From NCBI GenBank assembly GCA_012841525.1, contig DUUO01000032.1, positions 6,166 through 70,165 of the forward strand: a stretch of 64,000 nt of DNA, written 5' to 3'. Positions 15,985-24,793 of the stretch are shown here, in pieces. How positions within the stretch are numbered: position 1 is the first letter of the stretch; every line of letters begins with the position of its first letter. Source of the DNA: Clostridiales bacterium (GTDB lineage: Bacteria; Bacillota; Clostridia; Christensenellales; DTU072). A program made the position numbers and the translations under genes. The notes beneath the pieces are model-generated. The model had not been told where the DNA came from, did no database searches, and saw only the letters and a list, made by a program, of their open reading frames with translations.

Positions 15985-17232
15985 ATGGAAAATGAAATTA
16001 AAAATATATGTAAACTTGCAAAAGAAGCATCGCTAAAATTTTCAAGTGTTAGTACAGATGTTAAAAATGAACTTTTGAAAAACATAAAAAAACATGTAGC
16101 AAATAATACTCAAAAAATTTTAGAGGCAAATAAAAAAGATCTTGCTATTGCAAAAAGCAACAATAGAGATGCAGCATTTATGGATAGGCTTATGTTAAAT
16201 GAAGATAGAGTTTTACAAATGTGCAAAGGTGTTGATGCTGTAATTTCTCTTGAAGATCCAGTTGGTAAAATAGTCAGCAGTTACGATCTTAAAAATGGAT
16301 TACATGTTGATAGAGTTCGTTCACCACTTGGTGTAATTGGAATAATTTTTGAAGCAAGGCCAAATGTTTCTTTAGATGCCGCAATTTTGTGTATTAAAAG
16401 TGGAAATGGGGTTGTTTTAAGAGGTAGTAGAGAAAGCATTAATAGTGTTGAAGCAATAGTAGATGCTATAAAACTTGCCTTAGTAGAGTCAAATATAGAT
16501 CCAGCTCTAGTTAGTGTCATTAATAGTTTAGATAGAAAGGCAACTATTGAAATGTTAAAGCAAGACAAATATATAGATATTGTTATTCCAAGAGGTGGGG
16601 AAGGACTAAAAAAAGTAGTTCTTGAAAATGCTACTATGCCAGTACTAGCATCTGCTGGTGGAAACTGTCATATGTATATTGCAAAAAGTGCAGACATAGA
16701 TATGTCAAAGAAGGTCGTTTATAATGCAAAAGTAAGTAGACCTGGTGTATGTAATGCACTTGAAACATTGTTAATAGATAAATCTATTGCAAAAGATATA
16801 TTAAAAGATTTTTGTGATATGTTAAAAGATGCAGGTATTGAAATTAGAGTTTCAAAAGAAGCGAAACAATATTGTCCATATGGCATAGAAATTGAAGAAG
16901 AGGAATACTATAAAGAATATCATGGTCCACAAATTAAAGTTTTAATTGTAGATGGCATTGACAATGCAATTTACCATATTAATAAGTATAGTACCAATCA
17001 CTCTGATGCGATAATGACAACAGATAAAAAAGAAATGGAAAAATTCAGCAGAGAAGTTGATAGTGCGGCGGTATATATTAATGCTTCAACTAGATTTACT
17101 GATGGTTTTGAATTAGGGCTTGGTGCTGAAATGGGAATTTCAACTCAAAAATTACATGTAAGAGGACCAATTGGTATTGAAGAATTGACATCTGTTAAAT
17201 ATGTCATTAATGGCAATGGCCAAGTTAGATAA
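15985..17232 (+). CDS. proA: Gamma-glutamyl phosphate reductase
   Basis: Track ORF (TTG at 15973; ATG at 15985 is the more likely start). Motifs are GVIGIIFEARPNV, GVCNALETLL and NASTRFTDGFELG. No proB is adjacent. Confidence 0.85.
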   Translation: MENEIKNICKLAKEASLKFSSVSTDVKNELLKNIKKHVANNTQKILEANKKDLAIAKSNNRDAAFMDRLMLNEDRVLQMCKGVDAVISLEDPVGKIVSSYDLKNGLHVDRVRSPLGVIGIIFEARPNVSLDAAILCIKSGNGVVLRGSRESINSVEAIVDAIKLALVESNIDPALVSVINSLDRKATIEMLKQDKYIDIVIPRGGEGLKKVVLENATMPVLASAGGNCHMYIAKSADIDMSKKVVYNAKVSRPGVCNALETLLIDKSIAKDILKDFCDMLKDAGIEIRVSKEAKQYCPYGIEIEEEEYYKEYHGPQIKVLIVDGIDNAIYHINKYSTNHSDAIMTTDKKEMEKFSREVDSAAVYINASTRFTDGFELGLGAEMGISTQKLHVRGPIGIEELTSVKYVINGNGQVR

Positions 17233-17497
17233 AAAACAATAAATATTTTGTCAAAATGTATTGTTAAATTGATACAAATATACAAATAAATTAATATTAG
17301 TGTAAATTACAAAAATGCATGATCAAAATAAGTAGTATACAATAAAATATATGACTAAAAATAGGTAGTATACTATATAAGACCTTTGGTGTAAAAAAAA
17401 AGCCTTTTTAATTTATGATTAAATTAAACTTATGGGCTTATATATTTTTTTAAAATAGTTATATAAATCAAAATAATTATTAAATGAGGAGATGTAT

Positions 17498-18463
17498 ATG
17501 GCAAAAATAGCAGTTCTTACAAGTGGTGGTGATGCTCCTGGAATGAATGCTACTATTAGAGCAATAGTCAGAAGTGGTATTTACGCAGGGCATGAAATTT
17601 ATGGTATTGAAAGAGGTTTTGAAGGTCTATTAAACAGACAAATCAAGCGAATGGATTCCAGATGTGTGTCAGATATAATTCAAAGAGGTGGAACAATATT
17701 AAAAACTGCTAGAAGTGAAGAATTTAATACCCCAGAAGGAGTCCGAAAAGCTGCAGAAATATTAAAAGCATTTAAAATTGATGCCTTAGTTGTAATTGGT
17801 GGTGATGGTTCATTTAGAGGAGCAAAGGATCTTGTGAATTTAGAAAATTTTAATTGTTTGGGAATTCCTTGCACAATTGATAATGATTTATCATATACTG
17901 ATTATACTATTGGTTTTGATACGGCAACAAATACAGTAGTATCAGCAATTAATAGCATTAGAGATACAATGACTTCACATGATAGAGCTTGTATTATTGA
18001 AGTCATGGGCAGAAAATGTGGAGACATTGCTTTGTATTCAGGCATCGCATCTGGTGCAGAAAGTATTTTAGTGCCAGAATTGCCTTTTGATATAAAAGCG
18101 ATTACAAATAAAATGCGCACAAATCAAATTAAAGGAAAAGTTTCCGATATTATTGTGTTAGCAGAGGGGGTATGTGGTTGCGGTGAATTAAAGGCAATGA
18201 TACAAGAAGAAATCGATATTGTTATTAGAACAGTTAAATTAGGATATATACAACGTGGTGGCTCACCAACAATGGCAGATAGGGTGCTAGGTGCTCGTTT
18301 AGCAGAAAGAGCAATTGCATTATTTAATAATGGCTTTACTGGTGGTCGCTGTGTGGGAATAAAAAATGGTAAAATTATTGATTTATCAATTGATGAAGTT
18401 CTTAATGCCCCTTCAAAATTCAATAAAGAACTATATGACATAGCAACCAAATTGTCTTTTTAA
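17498..18463 (+). CDS. pfkA: ATP-dependent 6-phosphofructokinase
   Basis: MAKIAVLTSGGDAPGMNA, VIGGDGS, GIPCTIDND and MGRKCGDIAL. SD gaggag is spaced better for the ATG at 17498 than for 17492. Confidence 0.9.
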   Translation: MAKIAVLTSGGDAPGMNATIRAIVRSGIYAGHEIYGIERGFEGLLNRQIKRMDSRCVSDIIQRGGTILKTARSEEFNTPEGVRKAAEILKAFKIDALVVIGGDGSFRGAKDLVNLENFNCLGIPCTIDNDLSYTDYTIGFDTATNTVVSAINSIRDTMTSHDRACIIEVMGRKCGDIALYSGIASGAESILVPELPFDIKAITNKMRTNQIKGKVSDIIVLAEGVCGCGELKAMIQEEIDIVIRTVKLGYIQRGGSPTMADRVLGARLAERAIALFNNGFTGGRCVGIKNGKIIDLSIDEVLNAPSKFNKELYDIATKLSF

Positions 18464-18645
18464 TTGATAGTTGAACTAAATAAAAGTAGTATTAAATTAC
18501 TAGAATAATAACAACTAAATTGTCTTTTTAATTGGTAGTTGAACTAAATAAAAGTAGTATTAAATTACTAGAATAATAACAACTAAATTGTCTTTATAAT
18601 AGATAATTGAACTAAAGAAAAACAATGTTAAATTAATAAAATAGT
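18446..18645 (+). repeat. 68-bp tandem repeat (2 near-identical copies plus a diverged third) starting inside the last codons of pfkA
   Basis: The anchor attgtcttt recurs at 18451, 18519 and 18587, giving a period of 68. Each copy keeps ac(c/t)aaattgtctt(t/a)taa, read as TKLSF-stop, TKLSF-stop and TKLSL-stop. Confidence 0.85.
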
Positions 18646-18760
18646 TGTTACTTTGTTTCAAAAAAACATTTGTGTTTGTTATAATGAAATCGAGAGTTAT
18701 AAAAAACTACTTTATAAAAAATAAGTCAGTTTATTACTGTCTATAAAACAAGGAGAGATT

Positions 18761-20017
18761 ATGAAAAATTTAGTCGGAGCATGTATGTTTGGTCAATCAG
18801 GAGGTCCAACCTCAGTTATTAATGCCAGTGCAGCAGGAGTTTTTATGCAAGCACTTCAAGAGAAAAACATAACAGCAGTTTATGGATTAGCACATGGAAT
18901 TAAAGGACTATTAAACGAAGATTTTTATGACATTGGGCAAGAAGATATGAATGAATTAGAATTATTAAAATATACTCCTTCTTCAGCACTAGGCTCAGTT
19001 AGATATAAATTAGTCGATGAAAGTATAGATGATACTGATTATAAAAGAATATTAGAAGTTTTTAAAAAGTATAATGTAAGATATTTTTTCTATAATGGTG
19101 GAAACGATAGCATGGATACATGTAATAAAATTTCTAAATATTTACAAAAAGTTGGTTATGATTGTAATATTATTGGTGTCCCAAAAACAATAGATAATGA
19201 CTTATATGGAACAGATCATTGTCCTGGATATGGATCTGCTGCCAAATATGTTGCAACAACATTAATGGAAATAAATCTAGATGCAAAAGTTTATGATAAA
19301 CCTCAAGTTTGTGTTGTCGAAATAATGGGTAGACATGCTGGTTGGCTAACTGCTGCTAGTAAACTTGCAGATTATAAAGGCTTAGGCCCAGATTTAATAT
19401 ATCTACCAGAAGTTCCTTTTTGTATTGACAAATTTAAAAATGATGTTAAAAGGGTAATGGATGCCAACAATGGACATTGTATTGCTTGTGTATCAGAAGG
19501 AGTTCAAGACAAAGATGGTAAATTTATTGTTGAAGCATTGTCTGAAGCAAAAAGCAGAGACAATTTTGGACATGCACAATTAGGTGGACTTGCAATTCAA
19601 CTTTCTAGTTTAATTAATGAAGAATTTGGAGTAAAAGTAAGAGGTGTTGAATTTAGTCTTTTACAAAGATGTGCTGCTCATCTTGCATCTAAGGTGGATG
19701 TTGAGGAAGCATTTAACGCAGGAAAGAAGGCTGTTGAAGCGGCATGTGCTGGCAATACAGATAAGATGATTATATTTGAAAGAACAAATATTGATGGCAA
19801 ATATGGTTGCGATTACAAATTGATGGATTTAGAGCTTGCTGCTAATACAGAAAGAAAAGTTCCAGTTGAATGGATTACAGAAGATGGAACAATGCTATCT
19901 GATGAATTTGTAGATTATGCACTTCCTTTAATTCAAGGAGAAGCAAAAGCACCATTAGAAGATGGTCTACCAAGATTTGCAAAATTAAAAAAAGTACAAG
20001 CAGGAAAAGCAAAATAA
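18761..20017 (+). CDS. pfp: Pyrophosphate-dependent phosphofructokinase (PFK family, PPi-type signature)
   Basis: Track ORF with GGPTSVINAS, NGGNDS (Asp where ATP-PFKs have the second Gly of GGDGS), GVPKTIDND (Lys in place of Gly) and MGRHAGWL. Confidence 0.75.
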   Translation: MKNLVGACMFGQSGGPTSVINASAAGVFMQALQEKNITAVYGLAHGIKGLLNEDFYDIGQEDMNELELLKYTPSSALGSVRYKLVDESIDDTDYKRILEVFKKYNVRYFFYNGGNDSMDTCNKISKYLQKVGYDCNIIGVPKTIDNDLYGTDHCPGYGSAAKYVATTLMEINLDAKVYDKPQVCVVEIMGRHAGWLTAASKLADYKGLGPDLIYLPEVPFCIDKFKNDVKRVMDANNGHCIACVSEGVQDKDGKFIVEALSEAKSRDNFGHAQLGGLAIQLSSLINEEFGVKVRGVEFSLLQRCAAHLASKVDVEEAFNAGKKAVEAACAGNTDKMIIFERTNIDGKYGCDYKLMDLELAANTERKVPVEWITEDGTMLSDEFVDYALPLIQGEAKAPLEDGLPRFAKLKKVQAGKAK

Positions 20018-20105
20018 AGAATTAAATGTAGTGACAGTAAAGCACTTCATGCTAGTATTTTATAAATTAAAAAGGTGTAGACATTTATATAATATATTAA
20101 AAGAT

Positions 20106-20141
20106 GTACACGGCTAAACATAACTTGGTCGTGTATTTTTC
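20106..20141 (+). terminator. Possible intrinsic terminator after pfp
   Basis: Stem GTACACG / CGTGTAT (20106-12 with 20130-36) encloses a 17-nt loop and is followed by ttttt. Confidence 0.4.
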
Positions 20142-20175
20142 TTTAACTTTGTAGTAAAATATAAGAAAGGTTATT

Positions 20176-21006
20176 ATGGAAGAAATTAAAGAAACAAAAG
20201 AAGTAAAAGAAATTCCCAAAAAGCAAAGAATATTATTGATCACTATAGGCATTATTTTAATAGTGGCCATTATAGTGACATCTCTTACGGTTGCTATACT
20301 ACAAAAACAAAAAGAAGCGCCACAAGTTTCTGTAGAAGTTTTAGCACAACCAGATAATAAAATTGTTGTTTCATGGAACAAAAAAAATACTAAAAATTAT
20401 TTAGTGGAATTTTATTTTAGTTTAGATCAAAAAATAGAAGAGGAGAAAATAAAAAAAGAAAAGGGGAGTGCTTCTTTAAGTGAAGAGGAAAGAAATACAG
20501 CATATAAAAATTCTATAAAAACTCTTTCTACCAATGAAACAAAAATTGAACTCGATAGAAAAAGAGGAACTTTTAAGGTTAGAGTAAAAGGAGTTTCTGA
20601 AAAATCAAAAAACGATACGGCATTTTCTGAATGGCAAACGAAAGAAATTTCAGCATATAAATTAGATAAACCGCAGTTTAAATTAGAAAAAAAAGGAGAA
20701 AAAATTGTGATCAAAAATTTTATTTCTCCAACTTATGCAATTAATTCAACAGAAAGTGGTAAAATTATATTTTTCGAATACAAAGATTCAATAAATGATA
20801 GTATTGAAATATTTTCCAAAGTTCAAATTAATATTGCTGAGTGGACTATTCCAAGTCTACCTGAGGACATAAATCAATTAACTGTTTATATTAGAGCGGT
20901 TAATTTTGAGCAAACATACGATGGTAGTACAAAAAACATAGATACTGCCATATATAGGCTATACGAGTCATCTGATTTTGCCGAATATAGCATAGATATA
21001 ATTTGA
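20176..21006 (+). CDS. Hypothetical N-terminally membrane-anchored extracytoplasmic protein
   Basis: Track ORF with a charged N-terminus and then a TM helix (ILLITIGIILIVAIIVTSLTVAIL). The rest is Lys/Glu-rich with a beta-rich look. I recognised no family motif. Confidence 0.5.
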   Translation: MEEIKETKEVKEIPKKQRILLITIGIILIVAIIVTSLTVAILQKQKEAPQVSVEVLAQPDNKIVVSWNKKNTKNYLVEFYFSLDQKIEEEKIKKEKGSASLSEEERNTAYKNSIKTLSTNETKIELDRKRGTFKVRVKGVSEKSKNDTAFSEWQTKEISAYKLDKPQFKLEKKGEKIVIKNFISPTYAINSTESGKIIFFEYKDSINDSIEIFSKVQINIAEWTIPSLPEDINQLTVYIRAVNFEQTYDGSTKNIDTAIYRLYESSDFAEYSIDII

Positions 21007-21152
21007 TAAATTTTGTTTAATAATTTTTTGTTGTTAAATAAATATTTATTTGCTTGACGCTTAAATAAATAAAATATTAGGTTGTATCTAGATTATTTAT
21101 AAATAATAATGTTATAATAACCTTGTATTGTGAAAAGAGGGAAAGAAATTAA

Positions 21153-22067
21153 ATGCAATTAAATTTATTACTCAACATATTTTTAGCTACAACTCAAACA
21201 TATTTGCTTTTAGGCGTAGTGATATTAGTTATTATTGCGATTGTCTCAATAATTGCAACAATTTCTAAGAAAAAAGCCAGAAAAAAATCTCAAGCTAAAG
21301 ATGAAGTGAAATATGAAGAAAAACAAGATAACACATTTATTGAGCCAATATTTAGTAAAGATGATGAAAGTTCAAATGTTGATTTTGATTCTAGCCATCA
21401 AGATGTTATGAGATTAAGTTCCGCACAAACTTCTATTATGCTAAAACCAATTAAAAGTAGACCGCGTCCTCCTAAAAAAGCTCGCGCTAAGGAGATAAAA
21501 GAAGAGATAGTAGAACTAAAAGAAAGTTCTTTTAATAAAGATCATATTTACGATGAGGAATTATTTAAAAAGCCTGGAATAATAAGTATGTATTTAGATG
21601 TTGATGGTTTGTATCGTTTCAAAATAATAACAAGTGCAAATGAAACCATTGCTATATCAAAAGCACATATAAATCGTTTTTCATGTATTAAAGCAATTAA
21701 ACTTGCAATAGTAGCAGGAAAATATGCAGAAGTTGTAGATTCTACTGATGCAGAATATATGCAAATGTTGAGAATGTATATGTTTGAAATTTCAAGAGAC
21801 TTAGAAAATAAATTCAGATTTAAATTAAAAACTAGAACTTTACAAGATATTTTAGTAAGTCCAGGCTATGTTTCAAAATTCAATTGTATAAATGGAGTTA
21901 AATCGGTAAGAAATGTATTAGAATTTCATACTTTAAGAGATGATACATCTAAAACTTTTGTGGCAAACTTTGAAGAGGAAGTTAGGGCGGTTTGGCAAGA
22001 ATATATTTCCGATGATAGTGATAGTGAAGCTGCAAATGAAGATGTCAAGGCAAGCATTGGTTATTAA
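21153..22067 (+). CDS. Membrane-anchored protein with two C-terminal DUF1508/YegP-like repeats
   Basis: N-terminal TM helix (TYLLLGVVILVIIAIVSIIATI), then a low-complexity K/E/S linker. Next come GLYRFKIITSANETIAISKAHINRFSCIKAIKLA and NKFRFKLKTRTLQDILVSPGYVSKFNCINGVKSVRN. These match the YegP pattern (.F.F.Lka.NGe.I..S..Y.s...a..gI.sV). Confidence 0.6.
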   Translation: MQLNLLLNIFLATTQTYLLLGVVILVIIAIVSIIATISKKKARKKSQAKDEVKYEEKQDNTFIEPIFSKDDESSNVDFDSSHQDVMRLSSAQTSIMLKPIKSRPRPPKKARAKEIKEEIVELKESSFNKDHIYDEELFKKPGIISMYLDVDGLYRFKIITSANETIAISKAHINRFSCIKAIKLAIVAGKYAEVVDSTDAEYMQMLRMYMFEISRDLENKFRFKLKTRTLQDILVSPGYVSKFNCINGVKSVRNVLEFHTLRDDTSKTFVANFEEEVRAVWQEYISDDSDSEAANEDVKASIGY

Positions 22068-22126
22068 AAATTTTAAATTAAGTTTTGAAAATTAACTAAT
22101 GAAAGATATATGGAAAGGTATATTAA

Positions 22127-23095
22127 ATGATGAATAAAAAAACAAAAATAGTAGTGTTAGATGGTTATTGTGTTAATAGTGGTGATTTAAGTTGGGAAAA
22201 ATTTGAAACACTTGGTGATTTAGTAGTATATGATAATACACCATATGATTTAATCCCACAACGAGCAAAAGATGCAGATGTTATAATAACCAATAAATGC
22301 AATTTAGACTCTAATATTATAGATAAACTACCTTCATTGAAATATATAGGTGAGTTAGCAACTGGATACAATAATATTGATATTCAATATGCAAGAAAGA
22401 AAGGCATCACTGTTACAAATGTTCCAGCATATAGTACATCAAGTGTAGTACAAACTATTATTGGCTTTATAATTAGCCTATCTCTAAATTTACCGCATCA
22501 TTTTGAAAGAGTAAAAAAAGGTGATTGGGTAACTTGTGAGAATTTTTGTTTTTATGAACAAGGAATGGTTGAAATATCTGGAAAAACGTTAGGGATTATT
22601 GGTTTTGGAAATATTGGAATGAACTTAAAAGATGTAGCAAATGCTTTTGGAATGAAAGTTGTCGTTTTTTCAAATTCAAGACATAAAAAAGAAGATGGAA
22701 CATTTAATTATGTTTCAATGGACGATTTGTTTTCAACCTCTGATTTTATTGCCTTAACTTGTCCTTTAACAAATAAAAACAAAGGATTTGTTAATAAAGA
22801 TAAACTTTCACTTATGAAAAAAAGCGCATTTTTAATAAATACAGCAAGAGGTCCACTTGTAAATGAAGAAGATTTGGCATATGCATTAAATACAGGTTTG
22901 ATTAAAGGTGCAGCAGTGGATGTGTTGACCGATGAACCTCCAAAAGCATCAAATCCACTACTTAATGCAAAAAACATTTTGATTACTCCACATCTAGCAT
23001 GGGCAACTTATGAAGCACGTTCTAGACTATTAAATGCTGCATATGAAAATTTAAAAGCATTTTTAAACGGACATAATTTGAATGTTATTAATTAA
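22127..23095 (+). CDS. D-isomer-specific 2-hydroxyacid dehydrogenase (glycerate/hydroxypyruvate reductase-like)
   Basis: Track ORF with the NAD fold GIIGFGNIG, plus NTARGPLV, AVDVLTDEP and TPHLAW. Confidence 0.8.
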   Translation: MMNKKTKIVVLDGYCVNSGDLSWEKFETLGDLVVYDNTPYDLIPQRAKDADVIITNKCNLDSNIIDKLPSLKYIGELATGYNNIDIQYARKKGITVTNVPAYSTSSVVQTIIGFIISLSLNLPHHFERVKKGDWVTCENFCFYEQGMVEISGKTLGIIGFGNIGMNLKDVANAFGMKVVVFSNSRHKKEDGTFNYVSMDDLFSTSDFIALTCPLTNKNKGFVNKDKLSLMKKSAFLINTARGPLVNEEDLAYALNTGLIKGAAVDVLTDEPPKASNPLLNAKNILITPHLAWATYEARSRLLNAAYENLKAFLNGHNLNVIN

Positions 23096-23235
23096 ATAAG
23101 TTTAGTTTAGATATGTTGTTAAATGGGCAAAAATTGAATGATATGAATTAAATAAATTTAGATGTGTTGTTAAATTGATAAAAATTGAATGATATAAATT
23201 AAATAAGTTTAGTTTAGATATATTGTAAATTGAAA
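23068..23235 (+). repeat. Three degenerate tandem copies (period ~51-56 bp) beginning in the last codons of the dehydrogenase gene
   Basis: The anchor ttgaatg recurs at 23078, 23134 and 23185. The copies read ..LNVIN-stop (real gene end), ..LNDMN-stop and ..LNDIN-stop. Each is followed by aataa(g/a)ttt(agttt)agat(a/g)t(g/a)ttgt(t)aaat. Confidence 0.75.
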
Positions 23236-23281
23236 TATATATTATTTCGAAAAAAATGAAAATAAATAATAAGGAAGTAAA

Positions 23282-24793
23282 ATGGAAAAAATAGCAATTA
23301 TTGATTTAGGTTCAAATACTGCAAGACTAGTTATTGTAAGTATTTTGCCTGGTGGGTATTTTAAAGTAATTGACGAATTAAAAGAGCCCATCAGATTAGC
23401 AGAAGGAATGGAAATTGATGGCTTTTTGAGGCCACTTAGGATGGTGCAAACAATTCGCACACTAAAGACATTTAAAACATTATATGAAAGCCATAATGTA
23501 GATAAAGTTTTTGCTTATGGAACTGCTGCTGTTCGTAGAGCTAAAAACCAAGATGCTTTTGTTGAAGAAATAGAAAAGCAAGTTGGCATTCAAATTCAAG
23601 TTCTATCACAACAAGAAGAAGCCACACTAGTTTATACTGGTGTTATTAATTCTATGGAAATAGCAAAAGGTTTAATAATCGACATTGGTGGTGGTAGTAC
23701 AAAATTGATTTCTTATCAAAGACGAAACATGCTAAATCAAGATACTTTGCCTTTCGGTGCATTAACCTTGACACAACAATTTGCACATATAGAAAATGCT
23801 GAAGAAAGAGCAATGGCAATTGAACAATATGTTCGTGAAGAAATGGATAAAATAGAATGGCTTAAAAACATTGATCCAGAAACAAGATTAATTGGTGTTG
23901 GTGGTTCAATTCGAAATTTAGGCAGAATTAGCAGAAGACTTAAAAAATATCCACTTGATATGGCACATAATTATGTCATTTCTGTAGAAGAATTTGATAC
24001 GATTTATGATACTATTAAGCCTTTAAGCCCTGAATTAGTTTCAAGAATTAAAGGATTGTCTAGTGCTAGAGTTGATATTTTCCCAGCAGCATTATCTGTT
24101 CTTGCAGCACTAAAGTCATTTGTTCAAGCAGACGAATTAACTGTTGGTGGTGCAGGACTTAGAGAAGGAGCTATGTTTAGATATGCTTGTCCTATTACTG
24201 CGGAAAAACCATTGCCAGATATAGTAGGGCACGGTATTTATACAATGCTACATCATTTTGATATGAATATTGAACATGCAGAACATGTCTATGATTTATC
24301 CATGCAGTTATTTAGACAACTTCGTGTTTTGCATAAATTACCAAGGCCATATTTGAAAATATTAAGAGTTGCAAGTATGCTTCACGACGCAGGCATGACA
24401 ATTAAGTATTATGACCATCATAAACATTCAATGTATATCATTTTAAACAGCAATCTTTATGGCATACCACAAAAAGATTTAATAATGGCTGCTTTGGTCG
24501 CAGGAAGTCACCAAAGAGATAGTCTTGATAATTTGAATGCTAGTGAGTTTTTGAATTTATTAACAGAAGAAGAAATCGAGGCAGTTCACAAACTCGGTGT
24601 CATTGTTAGAATTGCAGAGTGCTTTGATAGAAGCTGTGGCAAGGTTATTGTTGGATTAAATGGCGACATCTTAGGCGATAGTGTAATTTTAAAAATAAAA
24701 TCTGAAGGTGACAGCGTTTTAGAAATTAAAAATGCATTAATGGCATTGCCTGAGTTTAAGCGAGCATTTAAAAAGAATTTAGAAATATTGTAA
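23282..24793 (+). CDS. Ppx/GppA-family phosphatase (exopolyphosphatase / pppGpp phosphohydrolase) with C-terminal HD domain
   Basis: Track ORF with IIDLGSNTARLV, DIGGGSTKL, and the HD region LHDAGMTIKYYDHHKHS. Confidence 0.8.
   Translation: MEKIAIIDLGSNTARLVIVSILPGGYFKVIDELKEPIRLAEGMEIDGFLRPLRMVQTIRTLKTFKTLYESHNVDKVFAYGTAAVRRAKNQDAFVEEIEKQVGIQIQVLSQQEEATLVYTGVINSMEIAKGLIIDIGGGSTKLISYQRRNMLNQDTLPFGALTLTQQFAHIENAEERAMAIEQYVREEMDKIEWLKNIDPETRLIGVGGSIRNLGRISRRLKKYPLDMAHNYVISVEEFDTIYDTIKPLSPELVSRIKGLSSARVDIFPAALSVLAALKSFVQADELTVGGAGLREGAMFRYACPITAEKPLPDIVGHGIYTMLHHFDMNIEHAEHVYDLSMQLFRQLRVLHKLPRPYLKILRVASMLHDAGMTIKYYDHHKHSMYIILNSNLYGIPQKDLIMAALVAGSHQRDSLDNLNASEFLNLLTEEEIEAVHKLGVIVRIAECFDRSCGKVIVGLNGDILGDSVILKIKSEGDSVLEIKNALMALPEFKRAFKKNLEIL

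Noticed and set aside
18124-18450. Antisense or off-frame track ORFs lying inside well-supported genes. Examples: 3091-3525(-), 17680-18450(-), 34398-34980(-), 38713-39066(-), 40044-40722(+), and all short minus-strand ORFs within 49270-63600.
   Set aside because: Each is fully contained in a longer ORF that has clear family motifs. Their sequences are low-complexity and hydrophobic, and they have no SD. In AT-rich genomes these are typical shadow ORFs.
18446-18645. CRISPR array, considered for the regular intergenic repeats here and at 23068-23235.
   Set aside because: The repeats are contiguous with no unique spacers, they start inside the upstream coding sequence, they degenerate progressively, and no cas genes are present.
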